In this document: one piece after another, positions 32,011 to 39,910 of the stretch
Numbering within the stretch: the stretch's first letter is position 1
How the letters are laid out: each line of letters opens with the position of its first letter
Assembly: GCA_017516925.1 (NCBI GenBank)
Contig: JAFXAQ010000043.1
Coordinates: 242 to 64,241 of the forward strand
Source: Oscillospiraceae bacterium
GTDB lineage: Bacteria; Bacillota; Clostridia; Oscillospirales; Oscillospiraceae
Length of the DNA: 64,000 nucleotides
Direction: 5' to 3'
Notes under the pieces: generated by a model
What the model was told of the DNA's origin: nothing
What the model saw: only the letters and a program-made list of their open reading frames with translations
The model's database searches: none
Translations under genes and position numbers: made by a program

Positions 32011-32775
32011 ATGGCAAAATCCAAAAATGAGTTGTTCCACAACTCGAAAATTTACGTATACCCCAATGGCTTACAAGATATCGTTGTCAGCACGTCTGCA
32101 GATTTCCACCCGCCAGGGTGGGAGGTTGCTGACGATTGGGGGCAACGCAAAATGCCCCTTGAAAAGGGGGTTCGCAAGGTTGCAGACCCCGCTTTTGAGG
32201 ATATGCAACGCTCAATGCGTCGAGCTCGGGGTAAACTGCGTCGGCTTGCTTTAGCAAACGACTTTCGTTGGTTTGTGACTTTAACGCTTGACCCTCAGAA
32301 GGTTGACAGTCACGACGGCAAAGCCGTTGTGCAAAAGCTGAATAGCTGGTGCTCTAATATGGTCCAAAGAAACGGACTGAAATATATTCTTGTTCCGGAA
32401 CGGCACAAGAAAGGTGGTATCCATTTCCACGGCTTTTTCAACGATGTTGTGGAGTTTTCCGACAGCGGACATACCGACAGCCAAGGTCATAAAATTTTCA
32501 ATCTTCCTCAGTGGACACTGGGTTTCACTACGGCTATCGAATTATACGACGATTATCATAAGGCTGTCGGGTATGTCTGCAAGTATGTCGGAAAACAAGG
32601 GGAAAAACCTGCGGGCAGATGGTATTATTCAGGCGGTGGTTTGAATGAACCAAAGGTCATTTATGCTGACTTGGATTTTCAAGACTTTGTCGCAGAAAAT
32701 CAGGGGAAATGCTTTGAATTCGAGGTACCCGGCAAACGGCTTGCCGTTATAAATGGATACACAGAAAGTACTTGA
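32011..32775 (+). CDS. HUH rolling-circle replication initiator (inovirus/plasmid-like Rep)
   Basis: motif I FVTLT, motif II IHFHG, motif III YVCKY; SMRRAR upstream helix. Confidence 0.88.
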   Translation: MAKSKNELFHNSKIYVYPNGLQDIVVSTSADFHPPGWEVADDWGQRKMPLEKGVRKVADPAFEDMQRSMRRARGKLRRLALANDFRWFVTLTLDPQKVDSHDGKAVVQKLNSWCSNMVQRNGLKYILVPERHKKGGIHFHGFFNDVVEFSDSGHTDSQGHKIFNLPQWTLGFTTAIELYDDYHKAVGYVCKYVGKQGEKPAGRWYYSGGGLNEPKVIYADLDFQDFVAENQGKCFEFEVPGKRLAVINGYTEST

Positions 32776-32803
32776 GCAAGTACAAATGAAAGGGGGTGTT
32801 GCT

Positions 32804-32953
32804 ATGCTTTATGGTCGTTTTGTGGTCCTGATTGATTTGTGTATTAAACTGCTGAATATGGTCAAAAGGGAAGTTATGAAGGAGCAAGCTGAATTGCTTG
32901 CGGTGTTCGCTGAAAATAACGACGCGGGGGAAGATGTCGAAGATGTGGATTGA
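32804..32953 (+). CDS. small hypothetical protein (49 aa, acidic tail)
   Basis: AAAGGGGGTG RBS before ATG at 32804, directly after rep. Confidence 0.5.
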   Translation: MLYGRFVVLIDLCIKLLNMVKREVMKEQAELLAVFAENNDAGEDVEDVD

Positions 32954-32968
32954 CATTTTTCGGAAAGT

Positions 32969-33015
32969 AAAATCCCGGAAAATCCCCGCGTAAGCGGTGG
33001 GTTTTCCGGGATTTT
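32969..33015 (+). terminator. strong hairpin between rep operon and recombinase
   Basis: AAAATCCCGGAAAATCCC...GGGTTTTCCGGGATTTT. Confidence 0.55.
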
Positions 33016-33051
33016 CGGGAAAAACGTTCTTACAGAAAAGAGGGGGAACAA

Positions 33052-33588
33052 GTGAAAACGGAATATCTTATGGATAGGGAAATGGAGTTGGTGCTTTCCG
33101 CACTTATGCCTGAAAATCGCCTGATTATGCGCCTTTGCATGCATACAGGGCTTCGGGTGGGTGACGCGCTGTGCATTACCACTCAGCAACTGGAACATAG
33201 GCGGTTTTCGGTGTTGGAGCATAAGACAGGGAAACGTAAAACCATAACACTACCAGATACCCTGCTTAGCGATTTACGCGAACAGGGTAGGGGAAGTGTG
33301 TTCGTTTTCCCGCATAGGTCAAAGCCTGACCAGCATAGAACGCGTCAGGCTGTCTGGGCTGATGTGAAGAGGGCAGTTAAGGCGTTCCGCCTTAACGTGA
33401 ACGCTGGAACACATTCAGCCCGTAAGGCTTTCGCGGTTGACCTTATGCGGAAATATGGTGACATTGAACGCGTAAAAAATGCCCTCAACCATTCTAGCGT
33501 TGAGGTCACGTTGCTTTATGCTATGGCTGACGCGCTCCGGAATGAACGGCACAAAGTGCCGAGAAAAAGACGGAGCAAGTCAGGCTAA
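33052..33588 (+). CDS. small tyrosine recombinase (catalytic domain only)
   Basis: TGLRVGD, KTGK, HSARK, LNH, terminal Y: full R-K-H-R-H-Y set in 178 aa; GAGGGGG RBS, GTG start. Confidence 0.88.
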   Translation: MKTEYLMDREMELVLSALMPENRLIMRLCMHTGLRVGDALCITTQQLEHRRFSVLEHKTGKRKTITLPDTLLSDLREQGRGSVFVFPHRSKPDQHRTRQAVWADVKRAVKAFRLNVNAGTHSARKAFAVDLMRKYGDIERVKNALNHSSVEVTLLYAMADALRNERHKVPRKRRSKSG

Positions 33589-33613
33589 GCCGGGGCTGAA
33601 AATCAACTCGGAA

Positions 33614-33642
33614 TTGACAAAGCGTTCGGGCGGGTGTATACT
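33614..33642 (+). promoter_or_regulatory. sigma-A consensus promoter at right end of the element
   Basis: TTGACA-17 nt-TATACT. Confidence 0.7.
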
Positions 33643-33699
33643 GACAGTGACACTTACGAAAGGAGCACCGCAGAAGTCCCGCCAAACCTTACGACCACA

Positions 33700-33729
33700 A
33701 ACGCCAACAAAACCATTATTTTGTGGGTC
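33700..33729. other. dif-like site c / right attachment junction
   Basis: AACGCCAACAAAA-CCATTA-TTTTGTGGGTC, same 6-nt spacer as site a. Confidence 0.7.
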
Positions 33730-33788
33730 GGGAAGACCCGTATGCGTTCATTGGCTGAACTCAGCCAATGATTTATTTTGAAGACAAT

Positions 33789-33820
33789 GAACGCAACAAA
33801 ATAAAAATTTTGTTGCGTTC
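33789..33820. repeat. dif-like palindrome d
   Basis: GAACGCAACAAAA-TAAAAA-TTTTGTTGCGTTC, perfect 13-bp arms, 6-nt spacer. Confidence 0.8.
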
Positions 33821-33841
33821 GTTGTAAAGATGTGTTATACT
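33813..33841 (+). promoter_or_regulatory. sigma-A promoter overlapping palindrome d, facing the xer gene
   Basis: TTGCGT-17 nt-TATACT with extended TGn. Confidence 0.55.
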
Positions 33842-33858
33842 ATCAATAACAAGGACGT

Positions 33859-34644
33859 TTAGAACAATTCGTCTAATAAAATATAATAATGTATTAGTTC
33901 CCAGTCCGGTTTTATGCCCAGAGCATCAAAAAGCATCTCGTCCTTAAATCCGGGATATTTCTTTCCATCATATACGCCATTATAATTATTAGACAAGCTT
34001 CTGTATACCAGTGCAATATCTTGCCACCGATCCGCTGTACCGGACCGGCCAAGGTCAATTAAACCTGTAAGTCCTTTGTTATTTAGAAATATATTTGGAA
34101 GGCAAAAATCTCCGTGTGAGATGACTGCTGTTTCTTCCGGCTTGTTAACAATTAGCCAATTAAGTAATTCTTCGGGATTTTTAAAGCCGTTTTGACCGAA
34201 TGTATCCGGTTGTGCATCCTCAATGCTGACATTACCTGAAATTACATTATCTTCAGCGTGGCGCAGTCGTTTATCCAACGACCAGCTGCATGGACAATCC
34301 TCCGTTGGAATGCTCCACAATTTATGTAACGACTCAGCAAGTAATTCTACCTGTTTTACCGGATTAGACATATATTTTTGATCGCAGCTCATAATGCCTT
34401 CGCATTTTGTCATTAGAATATATGAACACTCGTTTTCGATAGTATGTTCGATTATGTTCGGCACTGGGATTTTGCCTTTTAACCATTGCAGCATCTGAAT
34501 TTCGTTGTCTGCTTCAATGGAAACTGGCTGAATCTTCAGAACCACACTATCGAACAAATATACTCCTGCGTCAGATTTTCCAATTCTATCCGTTTGGAAG
34601 TCATTTTGTTTTATAAATTGTTCAAATATCTTAGGAAAATACAT
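33859..34644 (-). CDS. aminoglycoside phosphotransferase, APH(3') family
   Basis: IGKS..VY, HGDFCLPN, IDLGRSG.ADRWQDIAL, YYILLDELF C-terminus; AT-rich. Confidence 0.88.
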   Translation of the reverse strand: MYFPKIFEQFIKQNDFQTDRIGKSDAGVYLFDSVVLKIQPVSIEADNEIQMLQWLKGKIPVPNIIEHTIENECSYILMTKCEGIMSCDQKYMSNPVKQVELLAESLHKLWSIPTEDCPCSWSLDKRLRHAEDNVISGNVSIEDAQPDTFGQNGFKNPEELLNWLIVNKPEETAVISHGDFCLPNIFLNNKGLTGLIDLGRSGTADRWQDIALVYRSLSNNYNGVYDGKKYPGFKDEMLFDALGIKPDWELIHYYILLDELF

Positions 34645-34673
34645 TGTAAATCACCATTTTGGAGGTATTTTTT

Positions 34674-35675
34674 ATGCAAAAATATTCAGATTGTCCTATG
34701 GTTTTGCGTGATTTTTTGGTCTACCATGAAACAATTAAGGGTCAATCACCGCAAACCATACATGAGTATTATTTAGATTTGAGGATGTTTTTTCGTTTTA
34801 TAAAGCTTATGCAGAATGATATGCCAATTCAAACAAAATTAGAGGACATTCCCATAAAGGACGTTGATATTGCGTTCGTTAAAGGCATCACAACATCGGA
34901 TATATTTGATTTTTTATTATATCTTGCAAATGACAGAGTTGTTGATGCAGATAAACCATATGCGGAAAAGGGTGTCTCCCCTACTACCCGCGCTCGAAAA
35001 CTTTCAGCGCTAAAATCCTTTTATAAATACTTAACTGTTCGAACCAAGCAGCTGGAAGAAAACCCGGTTGCAGACTTGGAGTATCCAAAATTAAGAAAAA
35101 GCTTGCCCAAATATCTGACATTGGAACAATCTTCCAAATTATTACAAGCTGTTTCTGGTCAAAATCAGGCGCGGGACTATGCAATTTTGATGCTTTTTCT
35201 CAATTGTGGGATTCGCAGAAGCGAATTGGTTGGTTTGAATATGACCGATGTGTATGAGGATAGAATTCGTGTTGTCGGTAAGGGCAATAAAGAACGTATT
35301 GTTTACTTTGGCGCCTCTTGCAGAAAAGCCATTGACGCATATTTAGCAGAACGAAACAAGCTGGTCCTGACAGACAATCGTGCATTGTTTGGTTCACGGA
35401 ACGGTAATAGGATCAGTGTTGATGCTGTTCACGCATTGGTGAAAAAAGCATTTTTGAAGGCGGGCTTGGACGCAACGCAATTTTCTGCGCATAAACTGCG
35501 CCATACGGCAGCAACTATGATGCTATCAGGCGGTGTGGATGTAAAAACCGTACAGGAAGTTCTTGGTCACGAGAACTTAAATACTACACAGATTTATACC
35601 CATATCGAAAACACTGAGCTTAAAATCGCAGCTGAAGCCAATCCCCTATCTAAGCTGGATTTTTCTGAGGAATAA
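34674..35675 (+). CDS. tyrosine recombinase XerC/XerS-like
   Basis: RARKLSALKSFYKYL, RDYAIL..CGIRRSEL, GKGNKER, HKLRHTAAT, LGH, TQIYTH; GGAGG RBS. Confidence 0.9.
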   Translation: MQKYSDCPMVLRDFLVYHETIKGQSPQTIHEYYLDLRMFFRFIKLMQNDMPIQTKLEDIPIKDVDIAFVKGITTSDIFDFLLYLANDRVVDADKPYAEKGVSPTTRARKLSALKSFYKYLTVRTKQLEENPVADLEYPKLRKSLPKYLTLEQSSKLLQAVSGQNQARDYAILMLFLNCGIRRSELVGLNMTDVYEDRIRVVGKGNKERIVYFGASCRKAIDAYLAERNKLVLTDNRALFGSRNGNRISVDAVHALVKKAFLKAGLDATQFSAHKLRHTAATMMLSGGVDVKTVQEVLGHENLNTTQIYTHIENTELKIAAEANPLSKLDFSEE

Positions 35676-35679
35676 TCCA

Positions 35680-37035
35680 TTACAATACGAATTCAACTGC
35701 CTCCAACAAGTTTTTTACTCTAAAAACAGTCAATCCCTGCGGAATTTCCAATTTATCTGAACCAAATTTCGGTATGATGCATTTTGTGAAACCCTGTCGG
35801 TAAACCTCGGTTAATCGTTGGTTCATATGGGAAACAGAACGGATTTCTCCGGTTAAGCCAATTTCGCCAATTGCAACCAAATCGTCTGGAATAGGCTTGT
35901 CCCGATAGGAAGAAGCAACTGCCAGCGCAACCGGTAAATCCGCACCGGGCTCATCCAGGTAAAGACCACCAATAACATTGATATAAGCATCAAATGCGCT
36001 AAGCTTTAACATTGCCCTTTTTTCTGCAACCGCCAGCAATAGCGCTGCGCGGTTAAAATCAAAGCCGTCAGCAGTTCTTCGGGGCACGTTAAAAGAGGTT
36101 TTTGCAACAAGGGCTTGTACCTCTGCCAAGACCGGTCTTGTTCCCTCCATTACGCAGGCAACGCAGGTGCCAGAGGCGCCATGCGGTCTTCCCTGTAGCA
36201 GCATTTGCGATGGATTTGGTACCTCTACCAAACCTGTGTCAATCATTTCGAACACACCGATTTCATTCGTTGAGCCGAAACGGTTCTTTGCTGCCCGCAA
36301 TAGACGGTATGGAGAATTGGAATCTCCTTCAAAATACAAAACGCAGTCTACCATATGCTCCAGCACCTTGGGTCCGGCAATGGCACCGTCCTTGTTTATG
36401 TGGCCTACAACAAATACGGTAATTCCCTGTGCTTTGGATAGCTGCATAAGGCTTATTGTGCAGTCCTTAACTTGTGAAACACTGCCCGGCGTTGATTCGC
36501 TTGCTTCGTTATATAAGGTTTGTATGGAATCCACAATTAAAATATCCGGATTCAAATTATCTACAGTTTCCAAAATTTCAGAAAGTCTGGTTTCGGACAG
36601 AATGTACAGGTCATCTGATGCCACACCAATACGCAAAGCACGCATTTTCAGCTGCTTTTCACTTTCCTCACCGGATACGTACAAAACCTTGCGCTCATCA
36701 CAAAGACTTTTGCAAATTTGAAGAAGTAATGTAGATTTACCAATTCCGGGCGCACCGCCGACCAATACGAGTGAACCTGCAACCGCACCTCCACCAAGCA
36801 CTCTATTCAGTTCTCCGATGCCTGTGGAGAACCGAATTTCTTCATTGGTGTCCACTTCGTTCAGGCGTACCGGAACTCTGCTTTGACCGACGCCAACTCT
36901 TTTTGTTAGAGTGTTTGGCTTTTCGATGTGTTCCTGTAGTGTGTTCCATTGCCCGCAGGATGGGCATCTTCCCTGCCATTTCGGCGTTTCATTACCACAT
37001 TGCGTACAAAAATATACAATCTTCGATTTTGCCAT
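35680..37035 (-). CDS. radA: DNA repair protein RadA/Sms
   Basis: C4 Zn finger, GAPGIGKST, KNRFG. Confidence 0.97.
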   Translation of the reverse strand: MAKSKIVYFCTQCGNETPKWQGRCPSCGQWNTLQEHIEKPNTLTKRVGVGQSRVPVRLNEVDTNEEIRFSTGIGELNRVLGGGAVAGSLVLVGGAPGIGKSTLLLQICKSLCDERKVLYVSGEESEKQLKMRALRIGVASDDLYILSETRLSEILETVDNLNPDILIVDSIQTLYNEASESTPGSVSQVKDCTISLMQLSKAQGITVFVVGHINKDGAIAGPKVLEHMVDCVLYFEGDSNSPYRLLRAAKNRFGSTNEIGVFEMIDTGLVEVPNPSQMLLQGRPHGASGTCVACVMEGTRPVLAEVQALVAKTSFNVPRRTADGFDFNRAALLLAVAEKRAMLKLSAFDAYINVIGGLYLDEPGADLPVALAVASSYRDKPIPDDLVAIGEIGLTGEIRSVSHMNQRLTEVYRQGFTKCIIPKFGSDKLEIPQGLTVFRVKNLLEAVEFVL

Positions 37036-37089
37036 TTCCGTTCTCCTTATGTGACTTTGATATTATTATAACAGCACGAAGAATGGCGG

Positions 37090-37809
37090 TCAAGTCATTG
37101 CGTTTTCTTTAAGAAAAGAACTGAGCGTTGCGGCAATCACACAGCACAGTTTTTTCTGATATCCAGCATTACGTAGCAAGCTTTCCTCTTCCGGGTTTGA
37201 CAAAAAACCACACTCTATTAAAATGCCTGTAGTTTGAATGTTTTGCATCAAATATACACCATCAGCTTTTTTGGCTTTTCGAATACTACCCGGATTGAGT
37301 GTTGCTACAAAATTATTTTGTAGCAGCTTTGCCAGGGCTTCACTCTCCCCTATCCGATTATAAAACACCTGGGCACCCCTGTATTTATCTACCGGAAAGT
37401 GATTTTGATGTATACTGACAAGAAGCGCGTTATCTGCTTCGTTGACTATCTGCACCCGATTTTTCAGGTCAGATATTTTTTTTGCAGCAATGGTAGTACT
37501 TCCTTCCGTATAAATGGATTCATCGGTGGTTCTGATCATTTTTGTCTTATGGCCCATTAGTTGAAGCAAGTCGTTTAGGCGTAATGCGATTTCTAAATTG
37601 ATGTTGCTTTCCATCACCCCGGTGCATGATGTTGCACCGGTATCCACACCACCATGCCCGGCATCAATGATGATACAAACCCTGTCTGAAGGTTCTGCGT
37701 CTTCTGTCATTACCGTAACCGCTTTATCACCTAGGAATGCACACAGAAACAAGAACACCAATATAATTGCATATGCCGGTGTGAGTTTAACAAGAATATG
37801 ATTTTTCAA
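37090..37809 (-). CDS. N-acetylmuramoyl-L-alanine amidase, CwlD-like
   Basis: IDAGHGG, SIHQN, GAQVFY, IECGFLSN; N-terminal TM; GAGGTG RBS with TTG start. Confidence 0.88.
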   Translation of the reverse strand: MKNHILVKLTPAYAIILVFLFLCAFLGDKAVTVMTEDAEPSDRVCIIIDAGHGGVDTGATSCTGVMESNINLEIALRLNDLLQLMGHKTKMIRTTDESIYTEGSTTIAAKKISDLKNRVQIVNEADNALLVSIHQNHFPVDKYRGAQVFYNRIGESEALAKLLQNNFVATLNPGSIRKAKKADGVYLMQNIQTTGILIECGFLSNPEEESLLRNAGYQKKLCCVIAATLSSFLKENAMT

Positions 37810-37927
37810 CGCAAACACCTCTTTAAATGTTATGCAAGGCATCAATGCAAATGAACATATTTCGAAAATTCGGCATAGTATGCCAAGGAACGACAGTTCC
37901 AAGGATATATGATTGGAGGAAACAACG

Positions 37928-38371
37928 TTGGAAAAGCGACAGAGCATGGAGCGTTATTCTGAGGGACGGCTTCCGGCAATGGCACCCTTGGCCAACCCAT
38001 ACGTTCCATTTCAATTGGAGAACCCGCCAAGATATGAGGCATCCAAGGCGTTGGTGCGAGGAACGCTCTTCCCCGGTCTGGACCTGCCCTTGTTAGGGAT
38101 GGTTAACAAAAATGAATTACCAGTAACTCCCCTGACTCAGCTGCAGACCATGGCGTTTATGATACAGGAATTAGCACTGTATCTGGACACGCACAGAGAT
38201 GATATGGAGGCCTTGGAGGTCTACAGAAGCTACCAGAAAATGTACCAGGATGCAAAGAAGGAATACGAGAAAAACTGCGGACCGCTAACCCATATGACCC
38301 ACAATGAAGGCCCATACAGATGGTTGGATGAGCCTTGGCCCTGGGAATATGCAAAAAATCGTGAGGTGTAA
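37928..38371 (+). CDS. fused CotJA-CotJB spore coat protein
   Basis: N-half PYVPFQ...GTLFPGLDLP (CotJA), C-half ELALYLDTH...WLDEPWPWE (CotJB); SigE-like promoter upstream. Confidence 0.85.
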   Translation: MEKRQSMERYSEGRLPAMAPLANPYVPFQLENPPRYEASKALVRGTLFPGLDLPLLGMVNKNELPVTPLTQLQTMAFMIQELALYLDTHRDDMEALEVYRSYQKMYQDAKKEYEKNCGPLTHMTHNEGPYRWLDEPWPWEYAKNREV

Positions 38372-38374
38372 TCT

Positions 38375-38971
38375 ATGTTTATTTATGATAAAAAGCTTCA
38401 GTACCCTGTTAAGATAGATAAGCCGAACCCCAAGTTAGCATCTGTGATTATCTCTCAGTATGGCGGTCCAGATGGCGAGCTTGGGGCTTCACTGCGGTAT
38501 TTATCCCAAAGATATTCGATGCCCTTCGACGAGCTCAAAGGACTCTTAACAGATATCGGCACGGAGGAATTGGGCCATCTGGAAATGGTTGGTGCTATTG
38601 TGCACCAGCTGACCAGAAACCTGAAGGATTCGCAAATACAGGATTCTGCCTTTGCGCCGTATTTTGTTGACCACACCACAGGGGTCTATCCACAGTTTGC
38701 CTCCGGTACACCGTGGAATGCGGCTACAATTGCAGTCAAAGGTGACCCTATTGCGGATTTAACAGAGGATTTGGCAGCAGAACAAAAAGCCCGCGTAACC
38801 TATGATAACATTCTGCGACTGAGTGATGATCCCGATGTGAATAACGTGATTAAATTCCTCAGGGAGCGTGAGATTGTGCATTTTCAACGCTTCGGAGAAG
38901 CATTGCAGTTACTCCGTGAAAAACTGAACCAAAAGAATGTATACTATATGAACCCATCCTTCGATATGTAA
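38375..38971 (+). CDS. cotJC: CotJC manganese catalase family spore coat protein
   Basis: QYGGPDGE, IGTEELGHLE, REIVHFQRFGE. Confidence 0.93.
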   Translation: MFIYDKKLQYPVKIDKPNPKLASVIISQYGGPDGELGASLRYLSQRYSMPFDELKGLLTDIGTEELGHLEMVGAIVHQLTRNLKDSQIQDSAFAPYFVDHTTGVYPQFASGTPWNAATIAVKGDPIADLTEDLAAEQKARVTYDNILRLSDDPDVNNVIKFLREREIVHFQRFGEALQLLREKLNQKNVYYMNPSFDM

Positions 38972-38981
38972 TTTGAGGAAG

Positions 38982-39021
38982 AAAATCGCTATGATCGGCT
39001 TATGCCAATCATAGCGATTTT
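38982..39021. terminator. bidirectional terminator
   Basis: AAAATCGCTATGAT...ATCATAGCGATTTT between convergent genes. Confidence 0.8.
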
Positions 39022-39031
39022 TACAAATAAA

Positions 39032-39910
39032 TCAAGAAATTCTGGTTGTAAGTGAATTTGCAAGACCAATCATGCACGCAGTATTATCAAACGCACTAAG
39101 TGCGGCGATTGCTTTTTTTGTGTGATAACGTACAAGCCGGTCACATTCCTCAAGCCCATATAGATGCACAAAGGTGTTTTTACCCACATCGGCACCAACA
39201 GCCTTGCCCAAAGTCGACGCATCGCCTATAACATCCAGAATATCGTCACGGATTTGGAATGCAAGACCTAAATTACTTGCAAAGTCACCGGCAGCAGCCA
39301 ATTGCTCCCTGGTGCCTCCGGCGGCCAATACTCCCAATATGCAGGCGGCGCGGATGAGAGCTCCGGTTTTTCTGCTCTGAATATCCAGTACTTCCTGGTC
39401 TGTACACAAACGCTCTTCACTCTGTATGTCCAATACCTGACCGCCAACCATTCCCAGCTCTCCTGCACAATCAGAAAGAACAGAAACTGCATCAATGCGA
39501 ACCTGTGCAGAATAATCCGCCTTCGCCAAATAGGAAAAAGCAGCAGTCAGCAACGCATCACCGGATAAAACCGCAATTGCCTCCCCGTAAACCTTGTGAT
39601 TGGTCAGGCGACCACGACGGTAATCGTCGTTATCCATACAAGGCAGATCGTCGTGGATAAGGCTGTAGGTGTGGACCATCTCCACTGCTGCGGCAAAATG
39701 GGAAGCTTTCTTCCAATCTCCACCGCACATTCTGCAAAAATCATAAACAAAAATCGGGCGTAGTCGCTTTCCACCAGCCAGCAGGCTGTAGCGCATGGCA
39801 GAAAAAAGGGTTTTCTGAGGCTCTGAATCGTATTGAAAGCACTTTTCTTGAAAAAAGGCTTCAATATATTCCCGATACTCATTTAAAAGCTCCTGCATAT
39901 CAAGGCTCAT
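39032..39910 (-). CDS. ispA: geranyltranstransferase / farnesyl diphosphate synthase
   Basis: GGKRLRP, HDDLPCMDND, FQIRDDILD. Confidence 0.92.
   Translation of the reverse strand: MSLDMQELLNEYREYIEAFFQEKCFQYDSEPQKTLFSAMRYSLLAGGKRLRPIFVYDFCRMCGGDWKKASHFAAAVEMVHTYSLIHDDLPCMDNDDYRRGRLTNHKVYGEAIAVLSGDALLTAAFSYLAKADYSAQVRIDAVSVLSDCAGELGMVGGQVLDIQSEERLCTDQEVLDIQSRKTGALIRAACILGVLAAGGTREQLAAAGDFASNLGLAFQIRDDILDVIGDASTLGKAVGADVGKNTFVHLYGLEECDRLVRYHTKKAIAALSAFDNTACMIGLANSLTTRIS

Larger units (their letters stand above)
30104..33724. mobile_element. 3.6-kb integrated rolling-circle (HUH Rep) element at a dif-like site; satellite/IMEX-like
   Basis: 17-bp direct repeats at both ends; Rep, nick-site motif, GC-rich hairpin region, small tyrosine recombinase; no morphogenesis or transfer genes. 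Confidence 0.85.

Noticed and set aside
30104-33724. Complete filamentous prophage
   Set aside because: No Zot/pI ATPase or small TM coat-protein genes between the repeats.
30097-33820. CRISPR array or integron attC array from the repeated palindromes
   Set aside because: Only four degenerate copies with irregular spacing, no cas genes, and no attC RYYYAAC/GTTRRRY ends.
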